A DNA stretch of 53,082 nt from positions 1-53,082 of the forward strand of contig NW_021833894.1 of the NCBI RefSeq assembly GCF_006345805.1, in the 5' to 3' direction. This document shows, piece after piece, positions 25,640 to 36,758 of the stretch (position 1 is its first letter; every line of letters begins with the position of its first letter). A program made the position numbers and the translations under genes. The stretch comes from Octopus sinensis. Lineage: Eukaryota. Under the pieces are notes generated by a model. That model was not told where the DNA came from, searched no databases, and was given only the letters and a program-made list of their open reading frames with translations.

Positions 25640-26990
25640 TTATGGTTTCCTTTCATTATAACTTTATTTCAGCTGCTTTAGTACCGGGCGTCCTCCGGAG
25701 GCCAAGAGTGGCAAGGTCACTTTTGTTTTGCTATGCATGCTAAAATTATCACCACATTTATTCACGGAGATTGGAGTTACCAGCGAGTTGCTTAATATAC
25801 GTCTCAGCTGTCTTCTTTATCATTCCCAACGCACCAATTGTTACTGGTATGATCGTATCACATTTTTGTGATATCAATTTGAAGATCTTTATAATGAGAA
25901 AGCTTTTCGTATTCTTTACTTGATCTTGTGGGACTGACATATCTATTAACAGATAAGTTCCTCTGTTGTAGTCGCTGATCATAATGTCTGGTCGATTCGA
26001 GTCAATTTTTCTGTCTGTTTGTATTGGCAAGTTGCAAAGGATAGTGACAACCTCGCCATTTACTACTTCCCCTGGATGGTGCCTGAACCACTTATCATGG
26101 GATTTAATTTTGTAGTACTTACAAGCACTCCAGTGGATGTACTGCCCTAGTCTGTCATGTCTTATGAGGTACTCCTTGCAGCGAGGACTGGGCATCCAGA
26201 AATAACATGATCAATTGTCTTTTTGAATTTTTCGCGAATTCAGCACGAGGGGGTCAGATCCATCTTTAAGGTCGTTTGCATGGTAATTTCTAGTATGTAA
26301 GCTCTGATCTTGCGCTGCGATAACAAAACCTTCTGTTTCCCCCCTTCAGACCTGTCCCATGTCACCATTGGTGTGTTACGTTTTGATCAATATCTTGCTT
26401 GGACAGGTGGTTAGCGTATTTTTCATGCAGAGTTTTACCTTTCCGGTTGTCTTCGATATTATTCATGCAAACCTTCTTTGCTCTTTGTTTGATGTTTTTG
26501 CATCAGTGATAGGTTTGTCACTATTTCGATCAAGTTGGTTTTTCTGACTGTTAATTTCTAAATCAGAAGCAATGGTAGGTCTGTCAGTATTTGGGTGTCT
26601 GGTCATTCTTATTGTTAAATTGTAGGTCCACAAACTTTTTAAATTTCTGACTAAGCTTCATGACTGAAATTTGCTTGGAATCTTCTTGCTACAGTGCAGT
26701 TCGTAAGAGCACATCAATCGTTGTATTAAGGTACGTTTCAAGGCCTATTATTGCTGATTCGAAAAATTGTTCGAGATGTATCAGGCCTCTTCAACATATT
26801 TTTCTTTTGAGATAAATCTAGTCTACATCTGATTTTGGATGGTGCATTCGGTACCTAGGAAGGATTTTACGTATCTTTCCATTGATATTTTGCATGTTAG
26901 TGAGACTCCATTTAATGACACCAAAGCTATATATGGTTACTTGTATGGCCAAAGAACTGATCGCATCAATGCTATTAGCAGCATTTAATT
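25640..26990 (-). mobile_element. R4/Dong-type LINE, 5'-truncated and decayed
   Basis: KIRKILPRYRMHHPKSDVD; EYLIRHDRLGQYIHW; NRPDIMI..LLIDMSVPQD (RLE PD..D motif); IPVTIGALGMI. Confidence 0.9.
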
Positions 26991-26991
26991 C

Positions 26992-27023
<32 letters not shown>

Positions 27024-27153
27024 CTTCTTCTTCTTCTTCTTCTTCTTCTTCTTCTTCTTCTTCTTCTTCCACCACCACCACCACCTCCTCTCCTCCTCCT
27101 CCTCCTCCCCCTCCTTCTTCTCCTTCTTCTTCATCATCTTCTTCTTCTTCTTC

Positions 27154-27360
27154 TAAAGGTGGCAAACTACCAGAAATGCTGGACGAAATGCTTTGCGGTA
27201 TTTCGCCCATTGCTACGTTCTGAGTTCAAATTCCACCGAGGTCGAGTTTACCTTTGATCTTTTCAGGGTTGATAAAATATGTACCTGTTGAACACTGGGG
27301 TCGATGTAATCGACTCATTCCCCCCACCAAATTTACTTCCCTTGTGGCAAAATTTGAAAC
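27154..27360 (+). mobile_element. SINE family A with (TTA)n tail
   Basis: AAAGGTGGCAAACTACCAGAA..ACGTTCTGAGTTCAAATTCCACCGAGGTCGA. Confidence 0.9.
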
Positions 27361-27406
<46 letters not shown>

Positions 27407-27950
27407 GAGTGAGAGAGCAGTGCATCAAAATGCATCAAAGTGACACTGGGGTAACATATACGAAGTCCAGTATACTCATCTTGATTACCTGTCTGATACG
27501 GGCACACCAGGCACATGCATCACTACCATATGTGCATGATATGGTGATATCATATCAAGGTAAACAGCGTATGACCTTGCATATAGGGCACAATTAGAAA
27601 TTTCTTCAGGTCGAGTAGCCCATTCCGCTCAAAAGATCCGTGAATAAGGGTTGTTTAAGGATGTTGAACGAAACACCCATATTTCCAAAAGTGAATTATC
27701 CAAACTCCAAAGAAATCCTCTCAACACATGGCTATAATACACTCCTACTACTTCTACTCATGATTAGAGGTGCACATATCATCAGCCACTGAGGGACATG
27801 CTCAACTGGTTAAGGTCAAACAACAGACAAGCAAATCTATGGTAGTGAGCGGAATATTTGGTGTAGCCCATCTTTTTATACCAAGACAAAACAATGTACA
27901 TGATAACACTTCCAATCAGTTAACATCAGAAGTCATGAGAACCACTGTAC
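27407..27950 (-). mobile_element. Interspersed non-coding element D in (TAA)n; probable 3' UTR of a 5'-truncated non-LTR retrotransposon
   Basis: Colinear with 39105-39550. Both share the same (TTA)n-GAGTGAGAGAGCAG end and differ in length at the other end. Confidence 0.75.
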
Positions 27951-27979
27951 TGATCATTATTATTATTATTATTATTACT

Positions 27980-30900
27980 TTTTTTTTCTTCTTTCAAATT
28001 TTCTTCCATTTCTTGCCGAGTGTCTTCCCGACTCCTAGGGCAAAGAAACTCATAGTGTATATTGGTAGGCCATTAAACCAAACTCAGTAGTTCGTTCATT
28101 TTTTTTTTTTTTTTTTTAAAGTTAAATTAAAATACATGAGCAGCAACAGTTCTCACATCGACAATGCTCTTCTCAATACGTGTGATGTACCAGTTAAGAC
28201 AATCTTTTGCACTTCTTGCAGGGATGGTAAGCCAGGGATCATTCTCATATAATTTTCGGTTCCCTTCTTGATCATTCCTAGTGCTCCTACGATCACTGGT
28301 ATTGTAACCGCCTTGAGATGCCACATTTTCTCAATTTCAATGAGTAGGTCTTTATATTTTCTGAGCTTGTCAAACTCTTTCGCTGAGATATTATGATCAC
28401 AGGGGATGCTCATGTCGATCAATAAGCAAACTTTATTGTTTTGGTCTTTCACAACAATATCTGGTTATTGGCCTTGATGGTTCGGTCTGTATGTACTGGA
28501 AAGTCCCACAGAATGGTTACATTTTCTCCTTCAGTTACAGCCTCAGGGTGGTGATTATACCACTTGTCGGCAGTTTTGATATTGTAATGCCGACTTATTA
28601 GCCAGTAGAATATTGGCCAACTCTGTCATGTCTTAATTTATACTCCACTGGTGCTAAGACTTTACATCCAGAGATTAGGTGGTCCACTGTTTCAATCATG
28701 TCGTTGCAGAATCGGCATTTTGGGTCTGCTCCATTTTTCATCACATTGGCCTGGTAGTTCCGGGTTAATAGGCTTTGGTCTTGAGCAGCCAGGATGAAAC
28801 CTTCGCTCTCTTTTTAGCCCTGAGCTCCGCAGCCACTGATGGGTTGCTTCTGGTCAACATCAGCTTGTTTGCTGCGGGTCACATATTTGCCGTGCAGAGG
28901 TTTCTCCTCCCACCTATCAGCCAATTGCTCGTGCGCTTTTTTCATAGCCATCATTTTCACCTTCTTTGCAACAATAGTTGCCGTACTTCCCTCGGGTTGT
29001 TCAGTTGGGTATCCTGCACGAGATCAATAGCAAATTTTTTGCTTTCCTTGATGATAGAATGAAGCTTCTTTCGTCTCTCGTGATTTTCCACGAGCTTTAG
29101 CATCCAGTCATTCGATATTTCGAGATATTTGGCCAGTCCAATTGTAGTTGTTTTGTAAGCTAGTTCAAATTGGATCAGGCCTCGACCTCCTTGGGCTCTG
29201 GGAAGGTAAAGGCGATCTACGTCTGCCTTTGGGTGGTGCATCCTATTACAACTCAGCAGCTTGCGTATTTTTCTATCTATATTCTTTACTTCACTCATAT
29301 TCCAGTTCAACACATTGTAGCTATAAGTAAAAACTGGAACTGCTAAGGAATTTATAGCTAACACCTTGTTACGTGCATTTAGTTCAGATTTCAGGACTGC
29401 ACGAACTCTCCTATAACATTCCTTCCTGATTTTCTCTTTCATGCTTGCATGCTGAATACCAGAGCCTTCATTTATCCCTAAATATTTGTATGTTTGTTCT
29501 TGCTCAAGCTCTCTTATGACTGTGTCAACATCTAACACGACTGAATTTGTGGTCTTCACTTTCCATTTCTGGAAAGTGGCCTTGGTACACTTCTCAAGTC
29601 CAAACTCCATCCCGATGTCATCGCTGAATGCTTTCACGGTGCGCAATAGGCCTTCAAGTTCATTATTGTCTTTACCATAAAGTTTTAAGTCATCCATATA
29701 AAATAGATGGCTTTTTTTTTATTGGCAATTTTATACCCATACCCTGTTCTGTTTAATTCACTTGTAAGGGTATTAGGGCTATGCAGAATATTAAAGGTGA
29801 AAGTGAGTCACCTTGAAAAATTCCACAGTTGATGTTTATATTTTCTGAAGCAAGTACTCCATTAGTGGTATAATTGGAGATTCGTATTCCACAACGACAT
29901 ATTGTGCTTCAGGAAGTTTGAAATCACAGGGGAAATTTTGAAGATGTCCAGCGATCTCAAGATCCATGGATGTGGTATACTGTCGAAGGCCTTTTTATAG
30001 TCAATCCATGCGGTGCTGAGATTTCTGCGCTTGTTGTGACAATTCTCAAGGATCATACGATTGATTAGCAGTTGATCTTTGCATCCGTAAGAGCCTCGGC
30101 GGCACCCTTTTTGTTCAATGGGGAAAATATCGTTCTTCTCCATGAATGCATATGTTTTCTCCGCCAGGATAGATGTTAGGATTTTATACGTGGTGGATAG
30201 ACAGGTTATAGGCCGATAGTTTTTTGGAAGGTTGGTTTCGTTATTCTTTGGGAGTAGGTAAGTAATGCCACTTGCTAACCATTCAGCTGTTTTCTTTGGG
30301 TCTCTCATAATTCCATTGAGCAGCTGAACTAGCTTACCGTGTGCGCACGGGAGCGATGCGAGCCAGAAATTCGGCACCCTATCTTTACCGGGGGATTTCC
30401 AATTATGGGCCTTCGTGAGTGCCTTTCTTAGGTCTGCTATTGTGATGTCTTCCCATGCTTGTTGTTGTAAATTTTGGTAGGATCCTTCAGTTTGTATAAT
30501 CCAGTCTGCATTTATGTTGTACGTCTTCTTGTCACTCCAAATCCTTTTCCAAAAGTTTTGAACTTCTTCCATGGGAGGGGGGTCTTTAACGGTTACTTTC
30601 TCCTTCCCTATTTCTCTGTAGAATTTTTGGCATTGGATGTGAACAGCTTATTTTGCTTGTAAAACTTGTTTCTCTTCTCAAATCTTCGTATTCTTTGGGC
30701 TTTTGCTTGGACTTTTGTTTCAGCGTTTTTTTATTGATATCAGTTCTTCTCTTGGTGAGGATCCAAATTTTCTCTTCATCTTTCTTCCTGTTCTGGATCT
30801 TACATCATTTCCACATATTAGTTCATTTAATATTGATATTTCCCCTCTCATAAATTCAATCTCTTTTTCAATTTTACTTCTCCAGTTTGATTTCTTCCCA

Positions 30901-31830
30901 GGTTTTGTTTTCTTGTTTTTTCGGGGGCATACAGCTGGTTTCAATTGCCCTAGCAGAAGCGTAAATAATTTCATTTAACTCAGTAAAATCAGGTTTTAAT
31001 TCTCGTATTATTTCATTTGTTACATAGTTGCCAATTTGGATTTGTTTTTTATTTGGTTTGTATTTGAGAGTTTATGAAGCGGTTCTCTATCATTCATACT
31101 TGTATGTCTTACAACTTCAAGCGTATTCAGGATTTTCTGCCTCATTTCTGCCATAGACTCTCTGTGTTCTTCAGCAAATGCGAGATCTTCAGTTACTGTT
31201 GTTTTTTCGTTTTCCTGGCTATCTTTAACAGGTACAATAGAATTTCTTGTATCTTCAGGCCTTTGCGTACTTTGGTCAGATGGCAGTGTTTCAATTAAGC
31301 CTCGTGGCGGGCTATACTGTTCATCTGATCTTCATTTCCTTTGTGTCTTATATTTATGTCATTTTCCGTTGCGTGCTTGATCGCGCTTATTTCACTGTCT
31401 GTGAGTCTGTTATTTCTAAAGATCCCTCCTCACATTTGCTAATTTGTTCTCGTCCAAATAGGGCCTACTGTCTTGATTCCGTGTTCTCCATATACTGTAA
31501 GAGTTTGCGGTGTGTCTCTCTTGAGATGGCCTACCTAATGCATAGTAATAAGCGTATATTACTTCTTTATACACTTCTCGGGTCCATTTGTTCCGCTTAC
31601 ATTTTTCTTTCTGTGGTGGTTGTGGTGGTGAACTTGGAGGGCTCGAGTTGGGGGATTTCCCGTTCAAGTGACCATCCATGTCCGTATTCGGAGAAGAGTT
31701 TGTGCCAGTTGATGACTTTTCGATCCCAGGCTGGGGGACGCGCTTCCAGATTAACCATAGGACAAGCGATTTGGTATACTGATTTAGTTTTCCTTTTAGA
31801 TTCCAAAAACATTTTGGTGCTACGATAATG
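27980..31830 (-). mobile_element. Near full-length R4/Dong-clade non-LTR retrotransposon, frameshifted single ORF
   Basis: KWTREVYKEVIYAYY (Myb-like); [54 protein letters not shown] (RT); CRFC..ETVDHLISGC knuckle; PDIVV..LIDMSIP..K endonuclease; (TAA)n at the 3' end. Confidence 0.95.
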
Positions 31831-32252
31831 TTATCATTTTTTAGCTTTGATTGGCTCGTGGGGAGACGGCCATCATTGCCGTTACAATTATAATCGTACC
31901 ATTATAGCAGCCGTAGTCGGCTTATTATTGTTATTATCATCACCATTACCATCACTATCATCATTATCACCACCATTACCATCATCATTATCATCATCAC
32001 CATCACCATCACCACCATCATCATCAATGATATTGTTTTATGTATAGTCACAGCAGTATCTTATTATTGTTATTTTTGTTTTTTTTATCATTATCACCAT
32101 CACAGTAGTGTCTGTCTGTCTCGTTGGCTGGCTTGGTGGTTGGCTGGCTGACTGTCTTTTTTTTTTTTTTTTCCTTTAGGTGCGGTCCTATCGGTCAAAA
32201 ATATTATTATTATTATATTATTATTATTATATTATTATATTATTATTATTAC

Positions 32253-32287
<35 letters not shown>

Positions 32288-32313
32288 TATTATTATTATT
32301 ATTATTGTTGTTG

Positions 32314-32366
<53 letters not shown>

Positions 32367-32724
32367 TTTTAAAGGTGGCGAGCTGCTAGAATCGTTGGTG
32401 TTATTTGCCCTGAGGCGCGAAATTTTGAAAAGAAAATATTTCCTTTCGAAATATTGAAAATATTTAATATGGCATCGTCTTCGTCACCAAACCAAGAAGA
32501 CATATACGGGAAGAAGTAGTAGCATTCGAAGCAGCAGCAACGATAGAAACGGTAGCAACAACAACAACAGCAACACCGACAAAACATAAAAGAAAAACAA
32601 ACTCCGGCCAAAACAACCACAACCAATCAGAAAAACAGGAAAAAAGACAAAGCAAATTTTTTCACACATATCACGTGCAAATTCAACCACCTCCACCAAC
32701 AACTTCCACCATTAATGTCAACAT

Positions 32725-32958
32725 TAAGGCGGACAGCTGGCAGAAACGTTAGCACGCCGGGCAAAATGCTTAGCGGTATTTCGTCTGCCGCTACGTTCTG
32801 TGTTCCAATTCCGCCGAAGTCGACTTTGCTTTTCATCCTTTCGGGGTCAATTAAATAAGTACCAGTTACGCACTGGAGTCGATATAATCGACTTAATCCG
32901 TTTGTCTGTCCTTGTTTGTCCCTTCTATGTTTAGCCCCTTGTGGGCAGTAAAGAAATA
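32725..32958 (+). mobile_element. Young SINE family A copy with a 15-bp target-site duplication
   Basis: CATTAATGTCAACAT at 32710-32724 and 32959-32973. Confidence 0.95.
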
Positions 32959-34469
32959 CATTAATGTCAACATAGTCGCTGTAGACAGCAAAAGCCAAAA
33001 TCCGAACGTTGAAGGTTTCGTTGCCGCGAGGCGTAAAGCACAAGAAAATGTAAAGCTATCAATGGATGATTTAAAAATGTAAGAGGCATGTTGAAAAGAA
33101 ATTGTTAACATTCTTGAAGCCATTGTAGATGACACGCTGAGAAAGACGATAAGAATAACACCTGTTGAATTGAGTACTGGGCATGATGTGGCTGTTGATG
33201 CACACATATGCAGGGAGGCTTCGACATCTCCCTTTCTCAGTAGAGTCAGACATATCCTGTAATGAAGGGCATGATGAAGAGCCTAAATGCCATTTATCAT
33301 TGGCTAACACTTTTTCCTTTCAGACGATTTCATAATTATAACATTCGATTTATTGAGGTAGGGATGCTGTGGGACAACCGATGCTTTGACATTGTTCTGT
33401 TTCGTCAGCTAGAACTCTCTCGAACCAAAGAGTCTGATAAGAGATTTTAGGTTACGTTTATACGAATCAGTAAACAATTTTTTATGTACTGACATCTGCC
33501 AGCCAATGAGATCAACGCTTGCACGGCGGACAGTGAGAATCTAAACGATATCAATGGATGCATATTTTTGTTATTTCAAACAGAGGGACGAATACCACCC
33601 CCACCACCACGGCGACAACAGCAACAATTTATTTATTTATCTATCTATCTATATCTGTGTGTCTGTTTTTTTGTCTGACTGTCTGTCTGTCTATCTATCC
33701 ATTTATATTTGCACATGTATATCCATAAAAGTGTGTGCGTGCGTATGTATGTAAAGATACACACTCACGTATGTATACACACATATGCACATACATATCT
33801 TTATACATATATATGCATACATACATATATGTATACATAACCATATATATAAATATACAGACATGCATACTTAAATACACAAAAGCTTACATACTTGCAA
33901 ATTATTTTATTTGCTAATTACAAACCTCGGTATGGGTGTTAAAAACAAGGTAAAAGTTTTTATTCCTCTTTCCCTTCGAAATTGCTCTTAAATGTGGTTT
34001 TGGACGTTTTCATGGCTCCTTGAAGCATGTAAGGCTACCTATTAAGGGTCGCCTCTTTTGTGTCACATGCATATATATATGTATACATACAAACATATAT
34101 ATATATATATATGTATATATACGTATATATATACGTATATAAATATGGCATTTTCTTGGTTACACACACACACACATACTTACTCGTAACACACATACAG
34201 GTTCTCTTTTCTCGTTCGCTTTACTCGCGTTTTCATATAATCGTAGCACCGGCTACTTGAGTTCAAATACAGCACTTATAAGAACTAGGGATATGGTGCC
34301 TAGCTTCATGAACTGAAACGTATCATACATACACGTGTGTGTGCTTGTATGTACATATGGTGTGTGTATGTGTGTGTGTGATATACATGTATGTATGTAT
34401 GTATGTATGTATGTATGTATGTATGTATGTCTGTATGTATGTATGTATGTATTCTTTTATTCTTTCTTT

Positions 34470-34671
34470 TTTCTTTTACGTGTTTCAGTCATTTGACTGC
34501 GGCCATGCTGGAGCACCGCCTTTAGTCGAGCAAATCGACCCGGGAACTTATTCTTTGTAAGCCCAGTACTTCTTCTACGTTCTCTTTTTGCCGAACCGCT
34601 AAGTGACGGGGACGTAAACACACCAGCATCGGTTGTCAAGCAATGCTAGGGGGACAAGCACAGACACACAA

Positions 34672-34714
<43 letters not shown>

Positions 34715-34880
34715 AACATATATACGACAGGCTTCTTTCAGTTTCCGTTTACCAAATCCACTCACAAGGCATTGGTCGGCCCGGGGCTATAGCAGAAGAC
34801 ACTTGCCCAAGATGCCACGCAGTGGGACTGAACCCGGAACCATGTGGTTGGTTAGCAAGCTACTTACCACACAGCCACTT
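34470..34880 (-). mobile_element. SINE family B, full length, with an internal (CA)n(TA)n tract
   Basis: Reverse complement of 50012-50422. Confidence 0.92.
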
Positions 34881-34881
34881 C

Positions 34882-34913
<32 letters not shown>

Positions 34914-35337
34914 TGTATGCATGTATGTATGTATGTATGTATGTATGTATGTATGTATGTATGTATGTATGTATAAGATAGCTTGCCAGAGCAGGGAGAT
35001 GGATAAATACATGGAAGCATAGACAGGCATTAAGACAGATAGACACAGAGATAGACCGATACGTAACTCCAGAAAAGCCAGCCATCAAGCAAGCTAGCTA
35101 GTTAGACTGATCGATAGATAGGTGTAAGGACAGATGGAAAGATAGATTGATAGATACAGTGATAAAAATAGACAGATGGATTGATTGATAGGCAGTCACA
35201 TATATTGATAGAGGGAGGGGGTCAGACAGATAATTAATTCAACACACATTTGCCTTTTCGCCTGTGTTCTTCCTTATGTTTAACGTTAATGTATGTTACT
35301 GAAGAATGTTTTTTTTTCCTGTATTCAATTGTAGATA

Positions 35338-35349
35338 CTAATAATAATG

Positions 35350-35422
<73 letters not shown>

Positions 35423-35445
35423 TAATAATAATAATAATAATAATA

Positions 35446-35500
<55 letters not shown>

Positions 35501-35600
35501 CGATGATGATGATAATGATGATGATAATGATGATTATGATGATGATGGTGATGTCAATGATGACGATGTCCATGATGATGGCGATAATGATAGCAACATC

Positions 35601-35641
<41 letters not shown>

Positions 35642-35840
35642 CAATAATAATAATAATAATAATATAATAATAATAATAAAAATAATAATAATGATGATAA
35701 TAATAATAATGATGATAATAATAAAAATAATAATAATGATGATAATAATAACAGTAAAAATAATGTTTACTGAGTACATTCTTTATCGTAGCCTTCATAA
35801 TCATCATCACCATCAATATTACCGACAGCACCAACAAAAC

Positions 35841-35906
<66 letters not shown>

Positions 35907-35935
35907 CATTATTATTATTATTATTACTATAATTA

Positions 35936-35985
<50 letters not shown>

Positions 35986-36050
35986 TGTTGTTGTTGTTGT
36001 TGTTGTTGTTGTTATTGCTGCTGCTGCTGTTGTTGTTGTTGTTGTTGATT
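35338..36050. repeat. Compound trinucleotide block (AAT)n(GAT)n(AAT)n...(TAT)n(GTT)n
   Basis: Seen directly in the sequence. Confidence 0.95.
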
Positions 36051-36311
36051 CTTTGTATTTTCTGCTCTTTTCAAAATGTCGGTGATTTAGCGTTTTGTGG
36101 CTTTGACAGTCTGAGTGCAAAACTTTTGTTAAAATAGAAGTTAAAATTGCCAAATATACTTACCATGAAAGTCGAATATTGTTTAGATTCGTTACATTTT
36201 CGTCTGTCTGATAGATTATCATCTCTTTCTTCGTTTCCTTTAGTCTAGTCATGTTTTTCCCTTCATCTCACACAGCTCCCATCTCCCTCCCCCCGTCACT
36301 GAAAAACAGAC

Positions 36312-36347
<36 letters not shown>

Positions 36348-36693
36348 ATATGATATCTATTTAATATAGATTTCTACGCAAACACCCAACAATAGCAAAC
36401 AATGGGGATTAGGAAGTCAATAATAGAAACTAGAACAACAACAACAACAACAACGGCAACAACAACCAGAACAACAAAAGTAACACAGCAACGTCAACAA
36501 CAACAACAGCTACGATGAAAAGTGATGATAAGAAGTATGAACATGGCGGGAATATTAACAATGATAACAACGAAAGCAACTTCATAAAAAATGCGTTTTT
36601 TTTAAAATTAAGAATTATTATTTCTATGTTATTATTAATATTATATTATTGTTATTGTTATTGTTATTATTATTATCATCATCATTATTATTA

Positions 36694-36757
<64 letters not shown>

Positions 36758-36758
<1 letters not shown>

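Noticed and set aside
26818-27210. Poly-E/G/Q ORF fused in frame to LINE sequence
   Set aside because: Chance join of an antisense SINE head, a microsatellite and a truncated Dong fragment, ending at a stop within the decayed LINE.
33324-33357. Possible plus-strand microexon after GCTAAC..TTTTTCCTTTCAG
   Set aside because: Weak donor (GTAGGG) and no partner exons found.
35250-36137. Longest ORF, 295 aa, with poly-N/D/I/Y/L
   Set aside because: Made entirely of trinucleotide repeats, with no domain content.
33256-36298. Possible minus-strand exon pair (36298-36164 with CAG/GTAAGT; acceptor at 33257) giving MTRLKETKKE..W-ICLTLL
   Set aside because: Splice signals are plausible and the phases match, but the peptide is unrecognisable and such signals arise by chance. 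Needs RNA evidence.
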